A stretch of DNA of 64,000 bases from Armatimonadota bacterium (GCA_963677485.1 OY781964.1:2272001-2336000); one strand, 5' to 3'. Shown: positions 50,468 to 61,975, counted from the first letter of the stretch. A program made the numbers and translations. The notes: generated from the sequence alone by a model not told the origin.

Positions 50468-51436
50468 TTACCGTCCTGGTTCATCAAAACGCCTTCTGTA
50501 TGTGCGTAACATGCTTCGCGGAAATCCAAAAGAATCAGCAATTCGCCATGTTTTGCCATCATTCAAGTTGACATAGTATTTCGTGCGCATGGTGACGATC
50601 AGCAGGTGGCTATTATCCAAGAACACTATGTGTGTGGGATTGGTCCCGGCCATCACATCATTCAACAGAAATCTGCGTACACCCCCTGTCTTCAGGTTCA
50701 CCAGGCCATATTCCATGCCTAATGGCGCCAACAAACTTCCATGTAAACTAATACAGAACACCGCTGATTTCCCGTCAGGCGATACGTCAAAATTACAATC
50801 ACCCACTAAATAGGGTTTATCAATGTCTGGAATTGCGACCTTACTGACCACTTGCTGAGAGACAGCATTCCATAAGACCAGGGCACAGTATGTGTGAAAC
50901 CAAAAACAGTCATTGATGTTTGAGGCTCTCGCAAGATATCCGGGCATGTGTGGCTTTGTGATTTTTCGATGTTTCACATCGATGAGATACGGGGTTGTGG
51001 TCACCCATCGTCCAGAGATATCACAGCTCCACAGCCATGGATATGACCCCAAATCATACATATTTTCATCGATGATCATATCTGGGTGCCGGGAGGTTGA
51101 TATCCGGACAAACGAATCCATTCCACCCGCTTTTTCATTCGGTATGAACTGTTCTGCGGCCACCCGTTGATGTAGATCGTCCCAAAGAAGCGGTGAACCG
51201 GACGTCCGGAACACCTTGCCGGTTTTGATGTCAACAACACCGGTACCGCCCAGAAAATAAACGCTCCGATCGATCTGTGATGCCAATTCACGTGCATCAA
51301 TCGAAGGGTGATGGTATACAACCGCCATCGCCACCACAGTGATCACCATCAGCACTATAAGGCTGATCATGACGCGTTTGACCGTAACCCTGGTTTTCGG
51401 TAAAGGTGTAGGTTCTACAGTAGATGCCATCGTCAT
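50468..51436 (-). CDS. Hypothetical membrane-anchored beta-rich protein, AT-richer than its neighbours
   Basis: 322-aa ORF; single N-terminal TM; FDVSPDGK propeller-like motif. Confidence 0.6.
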   Translation of the reverse strand: MTMASTVEPTPLPKTRVTVKRVMISLIVLMVITVVAMAVVYHHPSIDARELASQIDRSVYFLGGTGVVDIKTGKVFRTSGSPLLWDDLHQRVAAEQFIPNEKAGGMDSFVRISTSRHPDMIIDENMYDLGSYPWLWSCDISGRWVTTTPYLIDVKHRKITKPHMPGYLARASNINDCFWFHTYCALVLWNAVSQQVVSKVAIPDIDKPYLVGDCNFDVSPDGKSAVFCISLHGSLLAPLGMEYGLVNLKTGGVRRFLLNDVMAGTNPTHIVFLDNSHLLIVTMRTKYYVNLNDGKTWRIADSFGFPRSMLRTYRRRFDEPGR

Positions 51437-51789
51437 AACCCCTTTTTATGCGGACTTTCATCATACCAACATCATCGTCGGTAGTGTGACGAAACCCGCG
51501 GCGACGTGTCTGGCCGCTGACTTGTCGGCTGATCAACCCCGGTTCGACGGGTTCCTGAGCCCGAGTCATATGGTTTCCATTACATAGTGTTGTCATTGTA
51601 TGACCATATTGGTTGAATGTCAACTGTGAAGATCCACCGTGCCAACAGGCCGTGCAGCGAACAATACTGCCCCGAGCATAGCTATTTCGGTCACCGCGGT
51701 CGGCAGAACAGACCAATTCACCAATCCACATGCAAACAACAGCCCAACCTGTGGTAGCATATACAAAAGCTCACGCAATGGAGGGTATC

Positions 51790-53844
51790 ATGCATAAATA
51801 CTCTGTGTCCCAATCAGCCGGCGGACCAATCCTTATGGCCGATGGCAAACCGCTCTCTCCCACCATGTTTTTCGTAAATACCGACGGCGAGGCCACGGAC
51901 GCCGCCAAACGCCTGCAGGAGATCGACGGGGCGAGGCGTAGCCGTGTCAATATCATCTCCATCACCAGCGGGCCGCTCTATCCGGCCTCCGTCACCGCAA
52001 AACCGGACTTCTCAGAGACGGTCCGTCGCGTGCGCATGGTCACTGCGCAATCCCCTGATGCCAAAATACTGCTCAGGGTGGGTGTGGGTTATCCGCCGGC
52101 CTGGTGGACGAATGCACACCCCGAAGCGGTGTCGATCAGCCAAAACGGCAAGCCCTGCGCAGCCTCCTTCTTCAGCGATGTTTGGCGGAAAGAGGCGATG
52201 GGCTATCTGGAGCAGATGGTGCAGACTCTGGAGACCGAGGTCGGCGACGCCATGTTGGGTTATCATCCCAGTGCCCTGGAGACCGGCGAGTGGTTTTCAG
52301 TGGGCGGATGGGAAGCGCAAGTAGGCGGTTATGATCAACCGGCCAAGGCCGCTTTCCGCCGATGGCTGCGGGCGAAATACCGCACGGTCGCAGCGCTCAA
52401 CAGCGCCTGGGGCAGCCGCGATGTGCGCTTCGCCGATGCGGAGCCGCCCTCCGCGGAAAAACTGACGAAGCCATCCAGTGAACTGTTCGAGATACCTGAT
52501 CAGAACCGGCAGGTGGTCGACTTCTGCGAGTTCTGGAACGAAAGCGTGGCCGATGCGGCCATCCTCACGTGCCAAACGGTCAAGAAAGCCGCACCTCACC
52601 GGTTGACGGCCCTGTTCTATGGCTACCACTATGAGCTCTCGGGTTTACCGCTTGGTCTGCGCACCAGCGGGCATCTGGCACTGCGGCATATGCTAAAGGC
52701 ACCCGCGGTCGACATGCTCTGCTCGCCGGTCAGCTACGCCAACCGGCTGCATGGCGGTGTGGGGCAGTTTATGAGCTCCATCGATTCAGTGCAGATGGCG
52801 GGGAAAATCTGGCTGCATGAGGATGATACCCGCACGCATCTGGCCTCAGACGGCCAGTATGGTCTACCGCCCGCCGCAAATGCGGACCAAACCCGCGATA
52901 TTCTGACCCGCAATTTTGGGCACCTCATCAGCCGTGGCTCCGCCATCTGGTGGATGGACCTGTTCGGCAAGGGCTGGTTCCTGGGTGAGGATGTCTGGAA
53001 CCCAATTGCGAAGATGTCGGACGCCATGCGCCTGACATACGCCAAGACCAAACCTTACCGTCCTGAGATCGCCGTGGTGTTCGACGAGGCGTCGGCTTAC
53101 ACACAGCCTACGGGCGTCAGCCGCGAGCCAATCTGCGCCTCGGTGTTCCGCGAGCATCTGTATGGCATCGGGGCACCGCTGGGGTTCTATTTGCTGGACG
53201 ACGTTCTGGCAGGCAAAGTAGACTGGCCCAAGATGATGATCTTCCTGAACGCTTTCAGCATGAGCCCAACCCAGCGCGCCAAACTGAGGGAGCGCACTCG
53301 GCACAGCACCAACGTGTGGATGTATGCCTCGGGTTATGTAGAGCAGGGGAAGATGTCCGCTGAGGGTATCTCCGAGCTCACCGGCATCCACGTACAGCAG
53401 ATGCCCTCCCAGCCTGGCTCTGTGGAGATGGCCGACGCGCAGCTGTTTGACTGGAATAGCAGGCCGGTCTCGCCAGGCTTCTATGTAGAGGACCGCTCCG
53501 CCGAAAGTCTGGGCAGCTACTCCGAGGGGGGCAAAGTGGCTATCGCCGCGAAGGCTGACCGCTCGGCCCGTGACATCGTATGCTGCCCGTTGCTGCTGCC
53601 CTCCAACATCATGTCCAACTGGGCGAAACAGGCGGGGGTGCATCTGTATGCCAAACCGGGGGATGTGGTGGCCGCAGGCAAGGGCTACGTCTGCCTGACC
53701 GCCCGCTCAGCCGGCGTGAAGGAGCTCATCCTGCCGACCGCCAGTGCCTTGCAGGACGTGGTCAGCGGCGAAACCCGGCCTAAGGCGAAGGTGCATAGCT
53801 TCAGTATGCAGACAGGCGAGTCGCACCTGTGGAAGTTGAAGTGA
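51790..53844 (+). CDS. GH42-like (beta-galactosidase-like) glycoside hydrolase
   Basis: ETGEWF, AFRRWLRAKY....LNSAWG, FYGY, SPVSY, HEDDTRT, WWMDL. Confidence 0.75.
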   Translation: MHKYSVSQSAGGPILMADGKPLSPTMFFVNTDGEATDAAKRLQEIDGARRSRVNIISITSGPLYPASVTAKPDFSETVRRVRMVTAQSPDAKILLRVGVGYPPAWWTNAHPEAVSISQNGKPCAASFFSDVWRKEAMGYLEQMVQTLETEVGDAMLGYHPSALETGEWFSVGGWEAQVGGYDQPAKAAFRRWLRAKYRTVAALNSAWGSRDVRFADAEPPSAEKLTKPSSELFEIPDQNRQVVDFCEFWNESVADAAILTCQTVKKAAPHRLTALFYGYHYELSGLPLGLRTSGHLALRHMLKAPAVDMLCSPVSYANRLHGGVGQFMSSIDSVQMAGKIWLHEDDTRTHLASDGQYGLPPAANADQTRDILTRNFGHLISRGSAIWWMDLFGKGWFLGEDVWNPIAKMSDAMRLTYAKTKPYRPEIAVVFDEASAYTQPTGVSREPICASVFREHLYGIGAPLGFYLLDDVLAGKVDWPKMMIFLNAFSMSPTQRAKLRERTRHSTNVWMYASGYVEQGKMSAEGISELTGIHVQQMPSQPGSVEMADAQLFDWNSRPVSPGFYVEDRSAESLGSYSEGGKVAIAAKADRSARDIVCCPLLLPSNIMSNWAKQAGVHLYAKPGDVVAAGKGYVCLTARSAGVKELILPTASALQDVVSGETRPKAKVHSFSMQTGESHLWKLK

Positions 53845-53894
53845 GGGAGGAGTAGGGGGGCTGTCTCACGCGAAGCCCCTACGTTCGGCTCGCC

Positions 53895-56800
53895 CTACTT
53901 CACCCAGACCAGGCCGTAGTCGGTGCCAATGGTGGGCAGGATGAACTCGCCGTTCTTCAACGGCAGCTTCTCGCCTGTCATCATGTTCACCGCGGAGGTC
54001 GCTTTGGTAAGGCCCATGGCCTTAAGGTTCAGCTTCACAGGAAGCTTTTGATCCTGCTTGCTGAAGCTGCTGACCACGCACATCGCACTGATGCCCTTGC
54101 GCAGATACAGCGAGCAATAAGCCTTCTCCCCCTTGACCGTAACCAGGCTAGAGTTATTCCAGTAAGGATGCCATAACGACTGCTTCTTGCCGAAGGCGTT
54201 CATGGCCTTGAAGATGGCCGCTTCCTCTTTCATCGCATATCCTCGGGCGCGCACCAGAACATCGTGCAACATCGTCATGGTGAAGGCCTCGTGGAAGGTA
54301 AACGGCATATCATAGCACAGGAACTCGTAAGGAACGCCAAACTGGTGCCCCATGAATTCCGCGCGGAAGGCATCCAATGGGATCACCTCGTCGATGGGCT
54401 GGCGTTTGGTGAGCACGGTCAGGTGTTCGGCATCCCAGGTGCTGGTCGCCCAGCCAATGGATGGCGTGACCGCGTGGCCGGAGTTGTGCAGGTTGACCTG
54501 ACCATTCGGCTTGCGCGACTTCACCACCGTATAGAGCCGCCGCAACATGTCGCGGGTGCCCTGGTAATCAAAGGTGGGGGCGATGGTGCCATCAGGTCGG
54601 GTATAACCGCAGCCATGCATCGTGTTGCTGCACCAGAAGGGCAGCGCGGTGCTGTCTAGATAAACCCCGTCGATGTCGTATTTATCCATCACTTTGGCGA
54701 CGCCATCGGCGATGAAATCCTGCCAGACACTCTTGTAGCACACCACATAGTCCTTTTGAGCGGGAGAGCGGGTGTAGCTCTGCCAGTCGGGCTTGACCAT
54801 CACTTCGTCTTTGTAATCCAGCCAGGTGGGCATGATGTCGGATATCTCATAGCCGAAGTAGACCAGAATCTGGAAGCCTTTTGCATGGCAGGCTTTGACC
54901 AGCGCCTTGAGCTGCTCTTCGTGGCCCACCGCTTCCGGCCAGTTCTGTATGTCGGTCCACTGCTCATGGAACACGATGGTCTTGTAACCCATCTGCTTCA
55001 GGTAATCCAGAGTGGGCATCGCACTGGTCGATACACTGATGGTTTTACCCATTTTGTCTATCGAACTATCGAATATGCCGGCGATCTCCCCACCAGGACC
55101 AACATCGGGCTTGGTGACACTGCGATTGGGGCCTGCTTCGGTGATGTTCATGTAGCGGTCCAGCAGCACGGTGTGAGCGTCGGCTGTCCAAGGCGCTGTG
55201 GGCATTTCGGGCTCACGCACCACGTCCGATACGCGTAGTGCCTTTACGCTGAAGCCGGGCTTTTGGATCTGCAGACCTATAGTGTTGGCTGAAGGCAAGC
55301 CGTTCATCAGCCCGGTGAGCGGATATTCCTTCGATAGTTTTCCATCAATGGCGATACGGATGGCGTCACTCCAACTGAGGGACACCAGATGGCTTTCGTC
55401 CTGCTTCCAGTTACATGCCACGTCGCCCAGCATGATGAACTGCCCCTTAGAGAAGAGGTAGGCGCGCATCCCGCGCACATCGATGTTCCAATAGAAAACA
55501 AGCTGATCCTGGCCATTTGTAAGAGTCAGTAGATACCTGTTAAGCAGACCTAGGTTGGCACCATCAGGCACCACCACATTGGGATCGAAGTTCAACTTTA
55601 CCCACATATCCAGCGTGCCTGCGGGGGAATCCAACACCGTGGGCGAGCTGTAGTTGATGTTGGCATCGCTGTTCATCACGGAATCCTGCATCCCATATTC
55701 GCCAGAATGGCAGATGCGGTAGTCCCAGGTGTCCTTGTCTGGCTGCTTCACCGGGGTGGCCTGCAACCCGAAATGGTAGGCCACGCCCTTGGACATCTGG
55801 CCCGATGTAAAGCTGAGAGGGCGGGTGATCATGTTGAAGGCCATGGTCGTGGTTTCTTTACTGGTGTTTTTCACCGTGGCGGCCTTGGCGTCTTTCCCCC
55901 AAGCCCAGTTTTCATCGGTGGTGGTGTAAAGGGCCAGCCCCTTCTCTTCGTCTCCTACCCACAGATAACTCACAAAACTGTTTTCCCAACCCGCGGCAGG
56001 GATCGTCCGTGAGTTCTCAGTGGAAGCGTACGGCGTGGGGAAGTAGTGGCGGTATTTGGCATACTGCCGCTTCATCGGAATCTCTATGGAGAACTTGTCG
56101 ATGGTGACCGGCTTGCTGCCTTTGAAGCTGACATCGATGAAGGCGTTGCCGTCGAAGTCCATGACCACATGCGAACGGGCGGTCATGCTTCCAGCGGAGG
56201 CTACCCCATCCAGGGTGATCTGAGATCCGCTCTTCTTCGTGATGCTCATCTTGCCGTTCAGTGTGACCGGCTTGCCGTCCACCAGCATTTTCATGCTGAT
56301 CGGGCCATTCAATAGCGAGGCCGACTTGGCCGTGACCGCGATGGGGAATGGCGATCCGCCAAAAACATAGCTGCGGCCCCAGGGCGAGATGCTGATGGAT
56401 GCTTTTGTCTGTTTGATTTTCAGAGGTGTCCATGGTGCCAGTACCTTGTCGCTGATACCAGCCTTGGAGCCGACCCACTCGGGCACGGCGGGACGGGTGT
56501 AGCTGAGCTCGGAAGTGGAGACCAGCTTGCCTTGAGCATCCTTGGCCTCGACTACAGCGCGGCACTCCACAAACGGCAGCTTGGCGATGTCCAGCAGGAA
56601 CGAGGCCTTCTGGGCACTCACCGGCTTCGATTCACTGAGCAACCGGTTGTTCTGCATATCCATGATGGTGACGGAGCAGGCGGTGATCCCTTCCAGTTTT
56701 GGAGAGGCAGGCACTACCACATCCACGCCCAGCTTGCCCTGCAGGAAATACCGCCGCAGGCTCATCTTGACGCTGTTCCAAACCTCTTTACTGCCTGTCT

Positions 56801-57758
56801 GTCGGAGCAGCAGCTCGCCAGTTTTTGAATCATTGACTGTAACTTTCCAGTCATACACCCCATCAGCTGGCTCTTTCCCCGGGTCGGCGATGCTGGAATG
56901 CAGCCGTGCGGCTTGGACTCCTTCAGAGGAATCGCCATTGACCGCTTTCCCATCGATACTGAGATCCAGCTTGGCTTTCACGGCGGAGGAGATCCCGCTT
57001 AGTTGAAAGTCGATCCCGCTGACGGACGGTAGCTGCAGGGCACTCACCCCGCCGGTTTTGTTTGCCAGCACCAGGTGGCCGAACTTACCCGGCTGGTGGA
57101 ATCCGCCGGTTTCTAGCAGCGGTGCCCAGGTCAGGTTGGTGTCCGGACCTTTGCGATCCAGGCCCACATTGAACCCGATCATCCTGTCGGCACTGCTGGG
57201 GCTTATGCCCACGGTGCTGAAGGGAATCGCCATCTCAATATACCAGGCGCCATCACCTGCCGATGTTTTCGCAGTCCATACGCCGTTCCAGGCCGCGTCT
57301 TTGTCCTTCGTATCGCAGACACTGCCCACGGCGTTGCAAGAAAACTGATAGCTGGTCATGTTGGTGTGCAGTGGGTCGATGAATAGCTCTACGCCCTCAT
57401 CCTGCCAGATCGCACCATCGCGCTCCCGTTGCTTTGCGATTGGTGCCTGCCCTTTGGGAAGTGCGACGGACACCGCCAGGCATATATTTTGCGAGTCATA
57501 ACCCACCCATGCGGTCTGCGTGGTGCTGGGCACGTTGTTGCTTCCCAGCACGTGAAAGTTGTTAGTCTTTACGGCACCATCCCATTCGCCAGGTGTAAGC
57601 ACGCCGTCGATGGTGGGGGCTTTTGCCATCGGGGTGATGCGCATCGTAGGCGCATCCGGGCTCTGAGCATCGTAAGCGTGCGTGACGGCCGGTATATAGA
57701 GGGCCAGTATTGCACAGTACAAGCTGAGACAGCTTGATTTTAGTCGGGGCATCATCAT
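53895..57758 (-). CDS. Secreted multidomain glycosidase-like protein (CBM9-like + DUF6067-like barrel with LamG-like insert), paralog 1
   Basis: Signal peptide; APTIDGVL..GEW; DEGVELFIDP; PWTP; FGLQATPVK; DGVYLD; GTLDMWVK. Confidence 0.7.
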   Translation of the reverse strand: MMMPRLKSSCLSLYCAILALYIPAVTHAYDAQSPDAPTMRITPMAKAPTIDGVLTPGEWDGAVKTNNFHVLGSNNVPSTTQTAWVGYDSQNICLAVSVALPKGQAPIAKQRERDGAIWQDEGVELFIDPLHTNMTSYQFSCNAVGSVCDTKDKDAAWNGVWTAKTSAGDGAWYIEMAIPFSTVGISPSSADRMIGFNVGLDRKGPDTNLTWAPLLETGGFHQPGKFGHLVLANKTGGVSALQLPSVSGIDFQLSGISSAVKAKLDLSIDGKAVNGDSSEGVQAARLHSSIADPGKEPADGVYDWKVTVNDSKTGELLLRQTGSKEVWNSVKMSLRRYFLQGKLGVDVVVPASPKLEGITACSVTIMDMQNNRLLSESKPVSAQKASFLLDIAKLPFVECRAVVEAKDAQGKLVSTSELSYTRPAVPEWVGSKAGISDKVLAPWTPLKIKQTKASISISPWGRSYVFGGSPFPIAVTAKSASLLNGPISMKMLVDGKPVTLNGKMSITKKSGSQITLDGVASAGSMTARSHVVMDFDGNAFIDVSFKGSKPVTIDKFSIEIPMKRQYAKYRHYFPTPYASTENSRTIPAAGWENSFVSYLWVGDEEKGLALYTTTDENWAWGKDAKAATVKNTSKETTTMAFNMITRPLSFTSGQMSKGVAYHFGLQATPVKQPDKDTWDYRICHSGEYGMQDSVMNSDANINYSSPTVLDSPAGTLDMWVKLNFDPNVVVPDGANLGLLNRYLLTLTNGQDQLVFYWNIDVRGMRAYLFSKGQFIMLGDVACNWKQDESHLVSLSWSDAIRIAIDGKLSKEYPLTGLMNGLPSANTIGLQIQKPGFSVKALRVSDVVREPEMPTAPWTADAHTVLLDRYMNITEAGPNRSVTKPDVGPGGEIAGIFDSSIDKMGKTISVSTSAMPTLDYLKQMGYKTIVFHEQWTDIQNWPEAVGHEEQLKALVKACHAKGFQILVYFGYEISDIMPTWLDYKDEVMVKPDWQSYTRSPAQKDYVVCYKSVWQDFIADGVAKVMDKYDIDGVYLDSTALPFWCSNTMHGCGYTRPDGTIAPTFDYQGTRDMLRRLYTVVKSRKPNGQVNLHNSGHAVTPSIGWATSTWDAEHLTVLTKRQPIDEVIPLDAFRAEFMGHQFGVPYEFLCYDMPFTFHEAFTMTMLHDVLVRARGYAMKEEAAIFKAMNAFGKKQSLWHPYWNNSSLVTVKGEKAYCSLYLRKGISAMCVVSSFSKQDQKLPVKLNLKAMGLTKATSAVNMMTGEKLPLKNGEFILPTIGTDYGLVWVK

Positions 57759-57889
57759 GTTTTGGCTCCTTAGGTGCTTGAGATTATGTTGGTGCTATCC
57801 AGCCAATGTGGCAAGCGTAGCAATTCCACTCTTCAACAACAGCGTTGAGCTGTATCAACAGATACATTATGTGATTTTCGTTGTTTTGG

Positions 57890-60800
57890 CTATTTCACCC
57901 ACACCAGGCCGTAGTCTATACCGGCTGTAGGAAGAATGAACTCACCATCTACAAGCTTGAGTTTCTCGCCTGTCATCATGTTCACTGCAGAACTTGCGTG
58001 GCTCAAGCCCATCGCTTTGAGGTTAAGCTTAACGGATAACTTCTGAGCACTTTTGCTGAAACTGCTCACCACACACATGGCACTGACGCCTTGTCGCGTG
58101 TATAAAGAGCAATAAGCCTTATCGCCTTTGACGCTTACCAGGTTGGCGTTGTTCCAGTATGGTTTGAACTTGGATTTCTGTTTGCCAAAGGCGTCCATCG
58201 CTTTGAGAACCAGCGCCTGCTCCTGAAGGGTATACCCGCGAGCGCGCACGAGGGTGTCATGAAGTAATGACATGGCGAAGGACTCGTGAATGGAGAACGG
58301 CAGGTCATAACTCAGAAGCTCCTGAGGAATACCTTGTGGGCGACCCATAAACTCGGTTCGGTAAGCATCCAGGGGTATTAACTCGTCGATGGGTATTTTG
58401 TCCGTCAGTATCGAGAAGTGCTCGCCATCCCAGATGCTGGTCGCCCAGCCGGTGGCAGGAGTCAGCATATAACCGGAAGCGTGAAGGTTAACTTGCCCTT
58501 CCGGCTTCTTCGATTTGACGATGGTATACAAGCGGCGCATCATTTCGCGAGTTCCATGGAATGGCACGGTCGGTTCGATGGAACCATCGGGTTTCACATA
58601 ACCGCATCCATGCATCGTGTTCTTGCAGTAAAACGGTAAGGCGGTGCTGTCCAGATAGACACCATCAATATCGTATTTGTCCATCACTTTACTCACACCA
58701 TCGGCTATGAAGTCCTGCCATACACTTTCGTAACAAACCACATAGTCCTTCTGTTGGGGTAAGCGGGTATAGCTCTGCCAGTCATCTTTTAACATGACCT
58801 CATCTTTGTAGTCCAAGAAGTGAGGCATGATATCTGAAATTTCAAAGCCGAAGTAGACGAGAAGCTGAAGCCCTCGGTCGTGGCACGCCTTCACCAATGT
58901 CTTCAGCTCTTGTTCGTGCCCCACCGCCTCAGGCCAGTTCTGAATGTCTGTCCATTGTTCATGCATGACGATGGTTCGAAAGCCAAGTGACTTCAAGTAG
59001 TCCAAGGCCAGCATCGTGGTTCCTGAAACGCTCATGATGGTGCTGGTGGGACCAGGCGAGTAGGTCACACTGCCGGTGAGTTCACCCTTGGGGCCAACTG
59101 TCGGCTGTGTGCTGTAATTCACCGGCCCTGTTGCAGTGATGTTACTCAGGTTGTCCAGCAGCACGGTGTTTGAATCGCGGGTATAGGCGGTTTTGGGCAT
59201 AGAAGGTTCTCGGATGATGTTGGAGACGCGAACCTCGCCCAGACCGAAGCCCGGACCCGACATTTGCAGGCTTAAAGTTTTCGCCTCAGATCCCCCGTTC
59301 ATCAGGCCAACGAATGGATAATCCGTCATCTGACGGCCATCTACTGCCACACGGACAGCATCTCCCCAGCTCAGCGACAAATGGTGAAACTCGTTCTGCT
59401 TCCACTGGCAGGGGATGTCACCCATCATAGTAAATTTCCCATTGGACAGGTGATACACCCTCATCCCTCGTAACAGCACATTCCAATACAGATATAAGGC
59501 GTCTTGGCCATTCGATATAATCAGCAGTTGCTGGTTATACTGCCCTCTTTCGGTGCCTTCGGCGAACACCACATTGGGATCGAAGTTCAGCTTCACCCAC
59601 ATATCAATAGTGCCTTGAAGGCTGCTCAACAGCGTCGGGCTTTTGTATGTCAGCAAAGCCTGTTTGTTGAACACCGTATCCGTGATGTGGTAGTCGGTTG
59701 TGTGGGTCAGCCGGTAGTCCCAGGTGTCTTTTTCGGGCTTCTTAACCGGTGTGGCTTGCAGCCCGAAGTGATACTCCACGCCTTTGGCGAGTTGTTCTGT
59801 ACTGAACTTGAGTGGAGCTGTGACCATGTTGAAGGCCATCGTGACGGTCTCTGCATTGGATTGCCATACCGCCGCAGCTTTGGAATTGGCTCCCCATGCC
59901 CAGTTTTCGGTGGTGTTGGAGTATAAGGCTAAGCCTCTGTCTTCATCCCCCACCCATAGGTAGCTGACAAACCTGGCATCCCAGCCAGCATCTTCAATCT
60001 TCCTTGCATTTTCAGAGGATGCATACGGAACTGGGAAATAGTGCCGGTATTTGGCATATCGCTGCTTGATCGGTATTTCGATGGAGAACTTGTCGATGGT
60101 CGCTTCTTGCTTGCCCTTCAGGGTCACATCGATATAGGCGTTGCCATCGAAATCTATCACCACATGGGAGCTCGCTGTGAGGCTGCCAGCACTGGCTGTG
60201 CCATCTAGAATCACCTGAGCCTCCGTTTGCTTGGTGATGCTCATGCGGCCTTTCAGGGTATACGGCTTGCCATCAACCAGTATATGCATTGAGATCGGGC
60301 CGTTTAGTATAGAGGCTTTGTTGGTAAGCACCGAAGTTGGGAAGGGCGATCCGGCGAACGTGTAGGTTCGCCCCCAGGGTGAAACACTGACCAGCCCTCT
60401 GCTTTGCTTCACTTTTAGCGGGGTCCATGGGGCGACCACCTTGTCGCTGATGCCGGCCTGTGAGCCTAACCACTCAGGCAAAGCGGGACGTATGTATTTT
60501 TGTTCGGCAGTTATCAGTACTTTGCCATGTTCATCCTTCGCTTCGAACACAGCTTTGCATTCAACGAAAGGGAGTTTTGAGATATCGAGAAGGAAGGATG
60601 CTGCTCGCCCGCTTAGTGGCTTTGACTGCGTCATGAGTTGATTTCCGGCCATATCCAGTATGTTCACAGTAGCTGTGGTGGCGTTAGTGGTGGCTTCAGT
60701 TTCCGGTATCGCAGCATCTACACCGAGTTTCCCTTGCAGGAAGTATTTCCGAATGTTTAGTATGACATGTTGCCAAACCTCCACACTGCCCGAAATACGA

Positions 60801-61753
60801 TCGAGCACCACACCGCTTTTGGGTTCTTTGACCACAAGGTTCCAGTCATAAACACCATCAGGTGTCTCACTATTTACTTCGGGAAGGTTGATCGCTAATC
60901 GTGCCGGTAGAACACCATCGAATGCCTTCTCACCCAGCTTAGTACCCTGCGAGTTGAACTCTAGCATGGCATTCACAGGTGCCGAGTGACCTTGAAGCAC
61001 GAAGGCTATCTCGGTCGACGATTGAGCTTGCAAGCAACTCATGGACCCATTCTGACTGGCTAATACCAGGTGACCGAACTTGCCAGGCTGGTGAAAACCG
61101 CCTTGCTCCAACAAGGGAGCCCATGTGTAGTTTCGATCTGGGTTCTTCCGGTTCAGACAGACGTTGAAGCCCAACGTTGTGTCGCCATCAATCTGATTCA
61201 AACCAATAGTCTTGAGAGGTATCGCCATCTCGATATACCAGTTGCCATCAGCTACCGGTGTTTTTGCTGTCCATTCGCCGTTCCAAGCCGCGTCTTTATC
61301 CTTTGTATCGCTGATGCTGCCCACGGCGTTGCAAGCAAACTGGTAACTGGTCTTGTTGTCATGCATCGGGTCGATAAAGACCTCTATGCCCTCATCCTGC
61401 CAGATCACACCATCGCGATCGCGCTTCTCTGCAGTTGGAGTGTTCGCGCCATTAAGGCGTATACTGGCGGCAAGATACAGGTTGTGGGCGTCATAGCCGA
61501 TTCGAACGGGTTGATTGGTTAGAGGCACGTTGTTGCTGCCCAGCACATGAAAGCTGTTCGTTCCGGCGGCACCGTCCCATTCGCCCGGCGTGAGCACACC
61601 GTCGATGGTGGGTGCCTTGGTCATAGGGACAATACGCAGCAGGGGCGCTTTTGAATCGGACGTATCATAAGCATGCATTATTGATGGCATGAATAGCATT
61701 CCAGCGGCGGTGATAGACGCAATTACCCGTGAGGCTGAGGCAGTTGATGGCAT
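57890..61753 (-). CDS. Paralog 2 of the same protein, also 1287 aa
   Basis: Colinear with paralog 1 over its whole length. Confidence 0.7.
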   Translation of the reverse strand: MPSTASASRVIASITAAGMLFMPSIMHAYDTSDSKAPLLRIVPMTKAPTIDGVLTPGEWDGAAGTNSFHVLGSNNVPLTNQPVRIGYDAHNLYLAASIRLNGANTPTAEKRDRDGVIWQDEGIEVFIDPMHDNKTSYQFACNAVGSISDTKDKDAAWNGEWTAKTPVADGNWYIEMAIPLKTIGLNQIDGDTTLGFNVCLNRKNPDRNYTWAPLLEQGGFHQPGKFGHLVLASQNGSMSCLQAQSSTEIAFVLQGHSAPVNAMLEFNSQGTKLGEKAFDGVLPARLAINLPEVNSETPDGVYDWNLVVKEPKSGVVLDRISGSVEVWQHVILNIRKYFLQGKLGVDAAIPETEATTNATTATVNILDMAGNQLMTQSKPLSGRAASFLLDISKLPFVECKAVFEAKDEHGKVLITAEQKYIRPALPEWLGSQAGISDKVVAPWTPLKVKQSRGLVSVSPWGRTYTFAGSPFPTSVLTNKASILNGPISMHILVDGKPYTLKGRMSITKQTEAQVILDGTASAGSLTASSHVVIDFDGNAYIDVTLKGKQEATIDKFSIEIPIKQRYAKYRHYFPVPYASSENARKIEDAGWDARFVSYLWVGDEDRGLALYSNTTENWAWGANSKAAAVWQSNAETVTMAFNMVTAPLKFSTEQLAKGVEYHFGLQATPVKKPEKDTWDYRLTHTTDYHITDTVFNKQALLTYKSPTLLSSLQGTIDMWVKLNFDPNVVFAEGTERGQYNQQLLIISNGQDALYLYWNVLLRGMRVYHLSNGKFTMMGDIPCQWKQNEFHHLSLSWGDAVRVAVDGRQMTDYPFVGLMNGGSEAKTLSLQMSGPGFGLGEVRVSNIIREPSMPKTAYTRDSNTVLLDNLSNITATGPVNYSTQPTVGPKGELTGSVTYSPGPTSTIMSVSGTTMLALDYLKSLGFRTIVMHEQWTDIQNWPEAVGHEQELKTLVKACHDRGLQLLVYFGFEISDIMPHFLDYKDEVMLKDDWQSYTRLPQQKDYVVCYESVWQDFIADGVSKVMDKYDIDGVYLDSTALPFYCKNTMHGCGYVKPDGSIEPTVPFHGTREMMRRLYTIVKSKKPEGQVNLHASGYMLTPATGWATSIWDGEHFSILTDKIPIDELIPLDAYRTEFMGRPQGIPQELLSYDLPFSIHESFAMSLLHDTLVRARGYTLQEQALVLKAMDAFGKQKSKFKPYWNNANLVSVKGDKAYCSLYTRQGVSAMCVVSSFSKSAQKLSVKLNLKAMGLSHASSAVNMMTGEKLKLVDGEFILPTAGIDYGLVWVK

Positions 61754-61975
61754 AGTTGGCTCCTATTATTGGTATAGCTATATATTCACCATCGAAAGTG
61801 CGAAATCATTGTGGGTACGGGCTGATTTTACGCGAGCTACTAGACACCGTTGGGGGTTGATAATCCACAGATTTCACAGATTACACAGATGTGGTAGGTG
61901 TTTGCCGTCGACGGGATCAGCCAAACACCTCCGCGTCCTTCGCGCCGTCACCTGTGGTGCCGCGTGAGAAAATCC

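Noticed and set aside
49540-51560. Classical integron cassette array
   Set aside because: No integrase and no convincing attC (RYYYAAC...GTTRRRY) structures were recognised.
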